Shown piece after piece: positions 50,208 to 59,939 of a stretch of 64,000 nt of DNA. Below the pieces are notes generated by a model. That model had not been told where the DNA came from. It ran no database searches and saw nothing but the letters and a program-made list of their open reading frames with translations. Source of the stretch: an uncultured bacterium (GTDB taxonomy: Bacteria > Verrucomicrobiota > Verrucomicrobiia > Limisphaerales > JACDHS01); contig CBHTTJ010000002.1 in assembly GCA_966095605.1 (NCBI GenBank), positions 8,702 to 72,701 of the forward strand, given 5' to 3'. Position 1 is the stretch's first letter, and each line of letters begins with the position of its first letter. The position numbers were made by a program, and so were the translations under genes.

Positions 50208-53200
50208 TTATGGGGCGAGGTTTACGAAGCGAAAATCGTCGAGATAAATGACGTGGGGACCGGTGGCAACTGGCACCAAGGCCAAGTGTTCGAGGACGAA
50301 TTTTCCGGTTGTCGTTTCCAGAGCGCCGTTTCCCGTAAAAGAGCGCACGGGTTCATATGGCAACAGGAACGTCAGGGTTGTCCATTGGCCTGCTCGGACC
50401 AATCGACCTTGTGGAGGCGATGTATTTGCGGTGCTCCCGCCAACCCATTCGATTTGGGCGCTTCCGGTTCCTCCATCGCTCCCCACTGGTCCATTCGGGC
50501 TGGTTTCGCGAAGCCCAAGGGTCACGTAAAGATTCTGACTGCTATACATCTCAAATTGGACGGCTTGGTTTGATTGAACGATCGGATTGGGAATGAGAGG
50601 GGCGTTAAAGGTCGTGAAACGCACCCAGGGATTTGTCGTTCCGATCTTGAATGACCAGCCCGCAACTAGAACCTTCGCACTGTCGTGCCCCGCTGGAAAT
50701 ACGTTTGTGACGTAAGCAAAGTTGGTCGTGGTTAAATCCACGAAGTTCACGGTCGAACCGGAACTGCCTGGACTTAAAAATAAAACCGAAGTGCCGTTTC
50801 CGTAGGCTTCAAAATCGGTCAAAAGGAAGTTGGAACTGCTTTGGCTTCGATAATAGCGCCGGGGAAACAGGCCAGCTTCAACGTCCAGGAATGGAAACGG
50901 CCCACTCAGCACATTGAGGACAGAAATAGGTTTCCACGTCACAAGATTCGTGGAGGCTTCCAAAAGATAAGAGACATTTGCATCACCGCTGAAAGTCAGG
51001 ACTGTTTCTCCATTCCCGTTGCGCGAGATGCCAGAAAATTTCGGTGGTTGGGAAATGACCGTCAACGTCGCAGTGGCCGATGCAACGCCCGCAGGGTTGC
51101 TGACGTTAATGGTATAGCTTCCGGTATTCGTCGTCTGCACGTTGGTCAGTTGCAGGGAAGAATTCGTTTCGCCGACTAACGCCACATTATTAAATAACCA
51201 TTGGTAAGAGAGGGGCGCTGAACCGTCAGCGACGACCGCGAAAATTGCATTGGTTCCAGCGTTGAGTTGCAGGTTTTGCGGTGGGGTGGTGATAGACGGG
51301 GGTTGCAAACTTTCTCCCAGGTCTTCCACCCGCACGTTATCAAAGACCACGAATGCCTGATTGGATGGACTCGCGACTGAAGCAAAGACATCCATGAAGC
51401 CGATCATTATCTTCCCCGACGTGAACGCGGAATTATTTGTGCGTTGAGCGACAATGGTTCCGTCCATCAGCCACGTGATCGTTCCGTTGCTTTGCCGTAA
51501 CTCCACTTCAACCCAATTTTTACCAGGAGCGCCCGCTGTTTCATGGCGTGCTGCCGGAAACAATGTCTGATAAATTGCCGCAGTGCTGTTCGATTGGCTC
51601 AACCCGCTGGCAGCACCCAGCAATTCCGTTTGAGTTCCACCAGGGTTGCCAACAAAACTTCGGTAATCCGTTGAAACACCACCTTCACCGTCGACCGCAA
51701 ACCACAGACCATCCGTGGAACTTGCACTCGTTGCCGCCCAGTTGACTTGTGTGCCGAGGTGGTTCATCCCGCAGAGAGCATATTCGGTGCTCCCAGTCGA
51801 TCCGTTGCCCGCTGCATTCCCCGGATAGTTAATCCACATATCAAACTTGAGGGCAAAGTCATTGGAGAAGGTTTTGTCTTTCGGATAAAGATTCATCCCG
51901 GCAATCACGCCATTCGTGTCGTTGTTATTGACGGTCAGTCGTACTCCGCGGGTCGTGGTGCTCGTGGAATTCGGCGCGGGGGGAATAAAGTATCCGGCCC
52001 CATTGATCATGGTGGCTTCATGGGAATAATCGAAAGCCCAGTCGACCGTATAATCTGACACGCCATTTCCAGCTCCCCAGAACAAGTCCCAACGACTCGA
52101 ACTGTTCGTTTCGAAGTCGTCCGAAAATAAAATCGGATGAACAGAATCCTTGATCTTCAAAAGCGCCGGAATGCTCGTCGTAGAACCAGCGGTGTTGGAA
52201 ACCGTTACGGTATAGCTTCCCGCATTCCCGCTTTGGAAGTTGGTGATGGTCAACGTTGAGCCGACCTGTCCGACAAGATTTGTTCCATTGAGTTTCCATT
52301 GGTAAGTCATCGGATTTTCACCAACCGCAAAAGCACTGAAAGCGACTTTCGAATTCGTCACAACCGTCTGGCTTGCGGGTTGCGTTGTGATCGAAGGGGG
52401 CATCGCCGTTAGCGTATAACGAGGTTTATTAATCACGTTGCCTGCGAACGTCGCATCGTCGCTCAGAAGGCCCGCCAGATTCGTGTCTTTTAGAACATTG
52501 GTGATACGCATCGCCTGTCCATCAACCGTGGCGTCCATCTGGACGAGCCGAATGCCATGGCTGTAATCGGCGTATGTTTCTTCGTGTCCGTTATAGACCG
52601 GTTGAATGTTCACGCCGTTTAGTTGATGCCAGCCGTAAATCACCACCACATTCGTAATGCTGGTGGAGAAATTCATATATATCTTATTCGCGATGATGAC
52701 GTCTTTTTTGTCGCCGCCCGTCAGCACTCCCAAGGGATAAGTATTGGTGACCGCAAAGCGTTGTCCCCGCACGGTGGTATTGTGTTCATCGTAATAGGGG
52801 ATATCGATCATCTCGGGAACAGGCGTTTTCGTGGAGGGTGCCAAATGCACGAGCGCTTGTTTCCAGATGTCATTTACCATTTTTGCAGTTGTTAAACTGC
52901 AATCAGCTGAATCCGCTACCCTTTGCGCAAGAAGCGGAGTCATCGGCATTAGGAAATAGTCCTGGTCGCTTCCAATCGCCACGTAGTCGGGGATGACGTA
53001 ATAGCTCACGGTATGATTCGTTCCGTTAATCGTCGCATTGGTGGAAACTAGCGTCATCGAACGCATCCAACTGGGAATATTTCCTTGCAGGATCTGTCCA
53101 AGAATGGCCACCTCACGTGGGCTCAATTGTCGGCTGGAACTCCCAAATGACAGGGGGAGGATCATCTCCTTGAAATCAGCGCCGCCCGGAGCATTGGCGG

Positions 53201-53294
53201 GGCGTGTTGGAAGGTTCAACGTTTGCGAAAATGCAGTAGCACTGGCAAAAATCGTCAGGACGATCAGCCAAACGGATGGAGTTTGACGAAACAC
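50208..53294 (-). CDS. 1028-aa secreted protein: unknown N-terminal domain, Ig-like, LamG/ConA-like lectin fold, Ig-like, C-terminal beta-rich region
   Basis: GTG start, signal peptide MFRQTPSVWLIVLTIFASATAFS. The N-terminal ~280 aa are paralogous to the 4519..6324 product. Two I-set repeats (MTYQWKLNG, LSYQWLFNN) flank a ConA-like domain (FSDDFE ... WINYPG ... VVFDNVRVEDL). Confidence 0.8.
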   Translation of the reverse strand: MFRQTPSVWLIVLTIFASATAFSQTLNLPTRPANAPGGADFKEMILPLSFGSSSRQLSPREVAILGQILQGNIPSWMRSMTLVSTNATINGTNHTVSYYVIPDYVAIGSDQDYFLMPMTPLLAQRVADSADCSLTTAKMVNDIWKQALVHLAPSTKTPVPEMIDIPYYDEHNTTVRGQRFAVTNTYPLGVLTGGDKKDVIIANKIYMNFSTSITNVVVIYGWHQLNGVNIQPVYNGHEETYADYSHGIRLVQMDATVDGQAMRITNVLKDTNLAGLLSDDATFAGNVINKPRYTLTAMPPSITTQPASQTVVTNSKVAFSAFAVGENPMTYQWKLNGTNLVGQVGSTLTITNFQSGNAGSYTVTVSNTAGSTTSIPALLKIKDSVHPILFSDDFETNSSSRWDLFWGAGNGVSDYTVDWAFDYSHEATMINGAGYFIPPAPNSTSTTTRGVRLTVNNNDTNGVIAGMNLYPKDKTFSNDFALKFDMWINYPGNAAGNGSTGSTEYALCGMNHLGTQVNWAATSASSTDGLWFAVDGEGGVSTDYRSFVGNPGGTQTELLGAASGLSQSNSTAAIYQTLFPAARHETAGAPGKNWVEVELRQSNGTITWLMDGTIVAQRTNNSAFTSGKIMIGFMDVFASVASPSNQAFVVFDNVRVEDLGESLQPPSITTPPQNLQLNAGTNAIFAVVADGSAPLSYQWLFNNVALVGETNSSLQLTNVQTTNTGSYTINVSNPAGVASATATLTVISQPPKFSGISRNGNGETVLTFSGDANVSYLLEASTNLVTWKPISVLNVLSGPFPFLDVEAGLFPRRYYRSQSSSNFLLTDFEAYGNGTSVLFLSPGSSGSTVNFVDLTTTNFAYVTNVFPAGHDSAKVLVAGWSFKIGTTNPWVRFTTFNAPLIPNPIVQSNQAVQFEMYSSQNLYVTLGLRETSPNGPVGSDGGTGSAQIEWVGGSTANTSPPQGRLVRAGQWTTLTFLLPYEPVRSFTGNGALETTTGKFVLEHLALVPVATGPHVIYLDDFRFVNLAP

Positions 53295-53336
53295 TACATT
53301 CTTATACCAAATAGCTATCCATTTCGCTCGTCTAAA

Positions 53337-54869
53337 ATGCGCATGAATCCGAACGATGATTCCAGGTTTTCCCGCCGCAGCCTGCTTAAAGGCATGGCTG
53401 GTTTTGGCGCTGCCGCCGCTCTTTCTGGCTGTGCTGTTCCTGTAGCAAAAACGCCCTGGTGCAATCTGATTCTTAAAGAAAACGAGAAAACCGGCACCCG
53501 CGATTGGATACTCAGCAACACGCGCACCGAACGGAAATCCAAATATCGTTGTCCCTGGATCGAAGGCTTCTGTTCACACACCAGTATTCGAGCTGGAGAA
53601 ACGTTGAATATTTTTGTCAGCACGAATCCAAAATCTCCGTTTCGCCTCGATATTTATCGACTCGGTTATTACGTGGGAGCTGGCGGTCGTTTGCTGAAGA
53701 GCCTGGGTTCGTTGAAGGGCAAGGTGCAGCCGGATCCAGAAATTGGCCCGAACCGTTTGCGCGAATGTCGCTGGGATCCAAGTGCGTCGATCAAGATTCC
53801 CAGGGATTGGTTGAGCGGCGTCTACGTGGGCAAGCTCACAGCGGAACGGGAAAAACTTCAGAGCTACGTGATCTTTATTGTCCGCGACAATCGAAAAGCC
53901 GATTTCATTTTCCAATGCAGCGATAACACCTGGCAGGCTTACAATCGCTGGCCCAGTCAGTTTTCGCTCTACGATGATGGGAAGTCGGAATGGTATTGGG
54001 GGCCCGGAAGCGACATTTCATTCGATCGTCCTTACGGCAAATATTGTCAGATTCTCGACCAACCTCTTTCCATCGGCTCGGGTGAATTCTTTCTTTGGGA
54101 ATTCCCTTTTGTTTACTGGCTTGAATCGCACGGTTACGACGCGACCTACATTTCCAATATGGATACGCATTCCGATGGACGAGGATTGCTCCGTGCCAAA
54201 GGCTTTATCTCGATCGGACACGACGAATATTGGTCTATCGAAATGTTTAACAACATGAAGGCTGCCATTGTACGAGGGTTAAACGTCGGCTTTTTTTCCG
54301 GTAACGCCGTTTGTGGAAGAATCGATCCTCGCCCAAGCTCCCGGAATGTTCCCAACCGCATCTTCTCGCGTATCGACTTCTTTGGACCTGCCGATGAGCG
54401 AGAATTCAAGCGGTTCCCGGCCATGGCATCGCTGCCACACAAAAGCCCCAATGCGAATGAGTTGATAGGCGCTCGCAGCATCGCCCCGATTACGGGTGGG
54501 GCGGATTGGGTTTGCTCAAAGCCGGATCATTGGATATTCGCGAACACCGGCATGAAGCACGGCGACAGTATTCCCGGTCTCGTCGGCTGGGAATGGCATG
54601 GTGATCCTGCGCCTATCCCGGGACTTGAAGTTGTTTCCACATCGAGAACCCAGGACAAACCTGGTCACGCAAATGACGGTGTTTACACGGCAACAGTATA
54701 TCCCGGTCCGAGGAAAAACTTCGTCTTCAACGCCGCGACCTGTTGGTGGAGCGACTCTTTGAGCGAGCCGCCGGGTTACATGCGGCCCAAAGTTTACACC
54801 GAGCCAAAAGGCCCGGACCCTCGCGCTCAGCAAATTACCGCCAATATCCTGCAACGAATGATCGGGTAG
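53337..54869 (+). CDS. Tat-exported N,N-dimethylformamidase-beta-subunit-like family protein
   Basis: Start at ATG 53337 gives the twin-arginine signal MRMNPNDDSRFSRRSLLKGMAGFGAAAALSGCA. Family motifs: IEGFCSHTSIRAGETLNIFVS, LDIYRLGYYVGAGGR and NTWQAYNRWPSQFSLY. Confidence 0.65.
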   Translation: MRMNPNDDSRFSRRSLLKGMAGFGAAAALSGCAVPVAKTPWCNLILKENEKTGTRDWILSNTRTERKSKYRCPWIEGFCSHTSIRAGETLNIFVSTNPKSPFRLDIYRLGYYVGAGGRLLKSLGSLKGKVQPDPEIGPNRLRECRWDPSASIKIPRDWLSGVYVGKLTAEREKLQSYVIFIVRDNRKADFIFQCSDNTWQAYNRWPSQFSLYDDGKSEWYWGPGSDISFDRPYGKYCQILDQPLSIGSGEFFLWEFPFVYWLESHGYDATYISNMDTHSDGRGLLRAKGFISIGHDEYWSIEMFNNMKAAIVRGLNVGFFSGNAVCGRIDPRPSSRNVPNRIFSRIDFFGPADEREFKRFPAMASLPHKSPNANELIGARSIAPITGGADWVCSKPDHWIFANTGMKHGDSIPGLVGWEWHGDPAPIPGLEVVSTSRTQDKPGHANDGVYTATVYPGPRKNFVFNAATCWWSDSLSEPPGYMRPKVYTEPKGPDPRAQQITANILQRMIG

Positions 54870-54881
54870 TCACACGGCGCC

Positions 54882-56123
54882 TCACGAAACCCGTCGTCGA
54901 TAAACCTTTACCGACATCGCCCCCTGCAACGCCGTGTACAGGTCAATCACTTCCGTGACTCTCATAAAACACCACGGCTGCGATGGACCTTCTCCATTCT
55001 TGGTGAACACCACGTTGTCCGCGACGAACGCAGCCGAGTGTACAATCTCATGCGCCTTGTTTCTGAACAACACTACGTCTCCCAATTGTGGTGGAGAATT
55101 AATTTTGGCGTAGTTGGATTGAAGCTCTTTCTCCACTTCTTCGATGAAAAGATAATTGTCGTTTGGCGGACTATTAAAAAAGTTCAACGACGTCCAATGA
55201 CAATTCCGCACTGTATCGGTTTTGTTTTTTGAATTTGGAAAGGTATTCAATCGCTGCCGCACCAGCGATGGAAGCAATTCGGCAATGTCTATAATGCCAG
55301 ACGTGCCGGAAGGGACAAAACGTTGGATCGCCATGCGTACTTCCTTGGCTCGTTCGTGCACGCTCCAGTAATCGAGCCAGCCATTGGAGCGCGGTGTGGC
55401 GTCGAGTTTCAGGTGAATGCTCAAGGCGGGACGCCTCACGAGCATTTTCAAAAAAGCAGTTTTCGACGCGAGATCGGGCAGCGTTTTCAAAACGACAGGC
55501 GCATCGGAGAAGGCAAGCAGGTTTCCGCGCTTGTAGAGCAGGGACCGAAACAATTGAACGGTGGTCGTCGACAGTTTGGTCTGTGCCAGGGTCAGATCAA
55601 GATAGTCCGGCCCGAACAAGAACAGGTTCGTGCGACGTCGATATTCCGCATCGTCCAGCAGCGTGTTGTAAATTTTTTCGCGAGCTGCCAGAGACAGCTT
55701 CGTCACGATTTCCGCGTTGGGAGTGAAAAGCGTTCCTTCCGGTCTTGCTTCGATCTGTGTGGCACTGATGGACGCCAGTCCTGTCTCGGCCACGCCGAAC
55801 GATTGCAAAAGCGTCGTCAGTTGCGCAGGTGACTGGTCTTTGAAAAACCACGGCGTCTGCCGTTCCAGACTCGCGACATCCAAAATATTTTCGTCGGGCT
55901 CCAATACGAGACGTTCGTATTTGAGCGTTCCCCATTCTCCGGAAGCATGGGAAAACAAATTCGCGTGCAATGCCCGATCTTTCGCCGGCTGTTCATTCGC
56001 CCAAAGCCTGGAAGAACCGAGAAAAGGCCCGGAAACTCCCGCGAGCAAGATCGTTTTCAACCACTCGCGTCGATTTGATAGGGGATCATTTTTGGGTCGC
56101 TGCGAAAAAGGGGAGGTGTTCAT
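54882..56123 (-). CDS. hypothetical exported protein, possible C-terminal NlpC/P60-like Cys-His hydrolase domain
   Basis: Tat-like N-terminus (SNRREWLKTILLAGVSGPFLGSS). The C-terminus has ...NCHWTSLNFF ... GDVVLFRNKAHEIVHSAAFVADNVVFTKNG, a Cys ... GD..F ... H spacing reminiscent of NlpC/P60. This is inference only. Confidence 0.5.
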   Translation of the reverse strand: MNTSPFSQRPKNDPLSNRREWLKTILLAGVSGPFLGSSRLWANEQPAKDRALHANLFSHASGEWGTLKYERLVLEPDENILDVASLERQTPWFFKDQSPAQLTTLLQSFGVAETGLASISATQIEARPEGTLFTPNAEIVTKLSLAAREKIYNTLLDDAEYRRRTNLFLFGPDYLDLTLAQTKLSTTTVQLFRSLLYKRGNLLAFSDAPVVLKTLPDLASKTAFLKMLVRRPALSIHLKLDATPRSNGWLDYWSVHERAKEVRMAIQRFVPSGTSGIIDIAELLPSLVRQRLNTFPNSKNKTDTVRNCHWTSLNFFNSPPNDNYLFIEEVEKELQSNYAKINSPPQLGDVVLFRNKAHEIVHSAAFVADNVVFTKNGEGPSQPWCFMRVTEVIDLYTALQGAMSVKVYRRRVS

Positions 56124-56915
56124 GACTGATTGTCAAAATAACGTGCGCCACCCGTGGCGGAGATACGTCACTTGAGCAGTGATCGGTTTGGTCCTTAGAC
56201 TAACTCAGTCGTTGTGATGTTCCCGAGATGGTTTGGTTGCATTGATCCGGAGGCGATGAGGCCATCGGGAGGGAGGAGGTTGTTTTCATTTGGAGTTGGT
56301 GAAACGGTAGAAGGAAAAGAGCCGTTTGTCAGCTGTTGTTTGCAAAGAAGATACCTGAATTTGGATGCAGACAAGGTTCAGCGATACATAGTCACGTCTA
56401 ATTCAGGAGTTTCAGAGGTTGCGACGGAACGATAACCGGGGTTGCCGGGCAGCAAAAGTGCCGCAAACCAGAATTTCCCAATTTTTTAGGACAAAATATG
56501 TAAATGGCTGATTTACAGGGTAATGCTACAGGCGCAGTTAGCGGCGACTGCCAAAAGTACTTTAAAAATTCGCCCGCAGCCAGCTGCGCGTCCTTCTGTA
56601 CTTTAGAAAAACACGCGCGGGGAGCTGCGGAGAATTTCTGAAGGTACTTTTGAAGAAGTTTTTCCGAGTAACGTTGACCTGAAGGTAGTTGTGAACCAGA
56701 AGCGATTGGCAGAAGGGGCGAGTTTGTGGCTGGAACGATTAAAAAGGAGAAACGGGAATTCCTTTCCGGAGAAATTGCTCGGGCGTTTTAAATCAGTGCC
56801 TTGTGACATTTCCGTCGAAAGCCTTGATTTTAAGCGGCATCGGTTCAGCTCAAAATACGTTCCAACAAATTTCGCGTGATCTTTTCCGCAGGGTTCTGTC
56901 AAACCGTTTACTGAG

Positions 56916-57905
56916 ATGAATTACGACGAACTTGCCTTCACCAATCAACAGCTTGCTGGAATGCTGCGGTCGGGGATACCTTTGGAAGGGGCGCTGAAAC
57001 AGTTATCCAGCACGATGGAAAAAGGGTTGCTCCGAACGGAACTGGAACAACTGCACGTGCAATTGGGCAAAGGAACTCCGTTGCGAGAGGCATTAAACAA
57101 AACGGATCTGCCCGATTTTTACATTCGCATGGTCCAGATGGGGGCGCAGAGTAACGATCTTCCTGGCATCCTGACTTTGCTCGCCGATTATTATCAGCGC
57201 AAAAACCTGCTTTGGACTCGACTCAAAGGTCTTCTGGTTTATCCCGCCATTGTGCTCGCGGTCAGCCTCGGGTTGTCGCTTTTTCTTAGTCTTTCGATTC
57301 GCAATCTCGCGCACGCGATTTATCAGGTGATATTTATTTCATGGGATGAGATCGCTCGCATCGATGCCGTCATTTACGCGCCGCTGGTCTTGTTGATCCT
57401 GTTGGCAATTCTGTTTGGATTGCTGGTGGGCGTTCCGAAATTTCGAAACACTTTGCGTTGGCGGATAATTGGATTTCGCGAGGCGAATGTGTCCCACTTC
57501 GCTTCCTCCCTGCAATTGCTGCTCAAACAGGGTGCTACTTTGGACGAATCGCTTGCCTTGATTGCGCAAATGGAACCAGAAACACCCTTACGGACGGAGG
57601 TCGTGCGGTGGCGAAAGGTGCTGTCGACTGGACGCGTTAAATCCACTGACTTCGCTGAAGGTAGTAGAATTTTTCCGCCACTTTTCTTCTGGTTGATTTC
57701 CGGCGACGAAGAAAATTGGGTCACCGGACTCGGCCGCGCTGCGGAATTGTACTACCGTCGAGCGACTCACAAAATCGAGACGCTGTTGTATGCGGCGTTG
57801 CCGGTGTCGATCCTTCTTCTGGGGCTTGTCATCGTCACTCAGGTGCTGCCGCTGGTCCGGGCGCTAATCCGAATGATGGATGCGGGTTTTGATGGAGGTC
57901 AATAA
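56916..57905 (+). CDS. type II secretion/type IV pilus platform protein, GspF/PilC family (paralog 1)
   Basis: 329 aa with two T2SSF-like halves: FTNQQLAGMLRSGIPLEGALKQL ... FYIRMVQMGAQSNDLPGILTLLADYY and FASSLQLLLKQGATLDESLALIA ... FFWLISGDEENWVTGLGRAAELYY. Each half is followed by TM helices. Confidence 0.8.
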   Translation: MNYDELAFTNQQLAGMLRSGIPLEGALKQLSSTMEKGLLRTELEQLHVQLGKGTPLREALNKTDLPDFYIRMVQMGAQSNDLPGILTLLADYYQRKNLLWTRLKGLLVYPAIVLAVSLGLSLFLSLSIRNLAHAIYQVIFISWDEIARIDAVIYAPLVLLILLAILFGLLVGVPKFRNTLRWRIIGFREANVSHFASSLQLLLKQGATLDESLALIAQMEPETPLRTEVVRWRKVLSTGRVKSTDFAEGSRIFPPLFFWLISGDEENWVTGLGRAAELYYRRATHKIETLLYAALPVSILLLGLVIVTQVLPLVRALIRMMDAGFDGGQ

Positions 57906-59053
57906 TGGGTATTCCTTTTGCATTTTATTTACTGGCGATCGCGCTGTCGTTTTTGCCGCTGCTTGGCGTGGTCTGGTTCATTTATTTCCTGCTGTCGCTA
58001 CCGCTGCGTCGACAAGAGCGGGCGGCCTTTCTTTTGGATCTCATTGAAAGTGGTTCGCAAGCGGGACGCAGTCCGGAGACGAGTATTATTACGTTCGCCC
58101 AAAGTCGTGACCGCACGATGGGGTGGCGCTTTTATCTGCTCGCCGCTTACCTCGAAACGGGGCTGCGCTTAGGCCAGGCCCTCGACAAAGTGCCTTATTT
58201 GCTCCCGCCTCGCATTGGCGGAATGTTGAAGACGGGGCAGGAAATCGGAGACGTCAAAAAAGTGCTGCCGCTGTGTCGTCGGTTCCTGAACGATGGTGTG
58301 TCGAAAACGCAGGGCGCGATCAACTACCTTGTTTTGCTGGCATTTGTATTCACGCCGGTTTTTCCCGCGCCGATGACGGTGATGAGAATTTATATCCTGC
58401 CGAAGTGGAAAGATATTTTTCACTCGATGTCGGATGGTCCTCTGCCGGCTCTTACGCAAATTGTTTTCGATGACAACGGCTGGTTCGTCATCATTCAATA
58501 TACGATGATGCTGCTCCTCTATGTGGCGGCGGCCTTTTATATCGCCGGACCTCGCACGTCGGTTTGGTTGAAACGAAATCTTTCGATTGCCATTTTGGAT
58601 CGGCTGGCTTTTCGCATTCCATGGAAACGTAAGCGGATGCAACGGGACTTTTCAGCCATGCTGGCGATGTTGCTCGATGCGGAGGTGCCAGAAGCGCGAG
58701 CGATTCAACTTGCGGCGGAAAGTACGGCAAACGAGGTGTTCGTCGAACGGGCGCGAAAGGTTGTCGCGGAGTTGTCGCAGGGCAAAACGCTGAATGAAGC
58801 GTTGCAGCGATTCGACGGCACCGGCGAGTTCAAATGGCGTTTGGATAACGGGGCAAAGGGAGCGAATGGATTTTCAGCCGCATTAAACGGTTGGCTGGAG
58901 GCGCTGGATGCGAAAGCGTTTCAATTGGAGCAGTCGACGGCGCAGTTGTTGACTACCGGCCTGGTTTTGCTCAACGGATTGATGGTCGGTGTAATTGTGA
59001 TCGGGCTTTTTGGAGCATTGGTGGTGCTCGTAGACAAGGCGGTCTTATGGTGA
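57905..59053 (+). CDS. type II secretion/type IV pilus platform protein, GspF/PilC family (paralog 2)
   Basis: 382 aa with two T2SSF-like halves (LLDLIESGSQAGRSPETSI ... IGGMLKTGQEIGDVKKVL and FSAMLAMLLDAEVPEARAIQLAAEST ... NGWLEALD). The TAATG start overlaps the upstream stop. Confidence 0.75.
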   Translation: MGIPFAFYLLAIALSFLPLLGVVWFIYFLLSLPLRRQERAAFLLDLIESGSQAGRSPETSIITFAQSRDRTMGWRFYLLAAYLETGLRLGQALDKVPYLLPPRIGGMLKTGQEIGDVKKVLPLCRRFLNDGVSKTQGAINYLVLLAFVFTPVFPAPMTVMRIYILPKWKDIFHSMSDGPLPALTQIVFDDNGWFVIIQYTMMLLLYVAAAFYIAGPRTSVWLKRNLSIAILDRLAFRIPWKRKRMQRDFSAMLAMLLDAEVPEARAIQLAAESTANEVFVERARKVVAELSQGKTLNEALQRFDGTGEFKWRLDNGAKGANGFSAALNGWLEALDAKAFQLEQSTAQLLTTGLVLLNGLMVGVIVIGLFGALVVLVDKAVLW

Positions 59054-59424
59054 TGAAAACGCGAACCAGAACTCGCCGCGATCGCGGAATGTTGACCACC
59101 GACCTCGTGGTGGCGATGGGATTGCTTATCCTGACTGTAATTCCCTTCAGCCTTTCGTTTCTCAGGGAAGCAACACTCTGTCGCGCTTACTACTACCGGT
59201 CTGTCGCAATGGAAATTGTCGACGGCGAAATGGAGAAGCTCGCGGCGGGCGAATGGAAACACTTTAAAGAAGGGCAACAAAGCTACGCGGTGAAATCGGA
59301 TGCCGCGAAGAACCTTCACGGTGAGTTCACCTTGGAGATCACGGGAAAAAGCGTTCGCCTCGAATTTGTTCCTGCTGGAAACGACAAAGGCGGAAAAATT
59401 TCGAGGGAGGTGAACATTCCATGA
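59047..59424 (+). CDS. small pilin-like membrane-anchored protein (non-canonical, Asp at +5)
   Basis: 125 aa: MVMKTRTRTRRDRG/MLTTDLVVAMGLLILTVIPF..., then a short beta-rich domain. It overlaps the upstream gene by 7 nt. Confidence 0.6.
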   Translation: MVMKTRTRTRRDRGMLTTDLVVAMGLLILTVIPFSLSFLREATLCRAYYYRSVAMEIVDGEMEKLAAGEWKHFKEGQQSYAVKSDAAKNLHGEFTLEITGKSVRLEFVPAGNDKGGKISREVNIP

Positions 59425-59939
59425 GAATTTTAACGCAACCAAACCATGGATTGTTCCCAAATGGTCTGAACCAGAATCGTGCTGGTATGGCTTTGACTGA
59501 GTGTCTTGTTTACATCGCCTTATTTTTCATGGTGGTCGGTCTGGCCTTTGTCGCCTACGAACGCACGCAAGACACTTCCAAAAAGTTACGCAAGAGTGCC
59601 GAAGATATCGCGTCGAGTCTGCACGCAGGTGAACGTTGGAGGGAGGATATTCGTCAGGCGAAGAAAGAGCCGGTGATCGTCGGAGACTCCATGCAGATTA
59701 CTCAAAGCGACGGGGAAGTGCGTTATCTTTTCCGGGAGGGGAAGATTTTTCGCCAGGGTCCCCAGATGCAACAGCCGGCCCCCGTGTTATCCGGGGTTAA
59801 AAACTCACGGATGGTCAAGGATGCCGGTCAGTCCGTGACTTCCTGGCGGTGGGAAGTTGAATTGGCTACCAAAGAAAAATCACCGCGCCTTCAACCACTT
59901 TTTACCTTCCAGGCCGTGGCGCCGGTGACAACGAAATGA
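59421..59939 (+). CDS. pseudopilin-like protein with prepilin-type N-terminal motif
   Basis: 172 aa: ...NQNRAG/MALTECLVYIALFFMVVGLAF, with Gly-1, Glu+5 and a hydrophobic helix. ATGA overlap with the upstream gene. Confidence 0.7.
   Translation: MRILTQPNHGLFPNGLNQNRAGMALTECLVYIALFFMVVGLAFVAYERTQDTSKKLRKSAEDIASSLHAGERWREDIRQAKKEPVIVGDSMQITQSDGEVRYLFREGKIFRQGPQMQQPAPVLSGVKNSRMVKDAGQSVTSWRWEVELATKEKSPRLQPLFTFQAVAPVTTK

Noticed and set aside
56504-56641. 45-aa ATG ORF (MADLQGNATGAVSGDCQKYFKNSPAASCASFCTLEKHARGAAENF) and the 73-aa ORF 56214..56435 in the long gap
   Set aside because: There is no recognisable family, no obvious RBS and no supporting context. They are kept only as a note under the gap finding.
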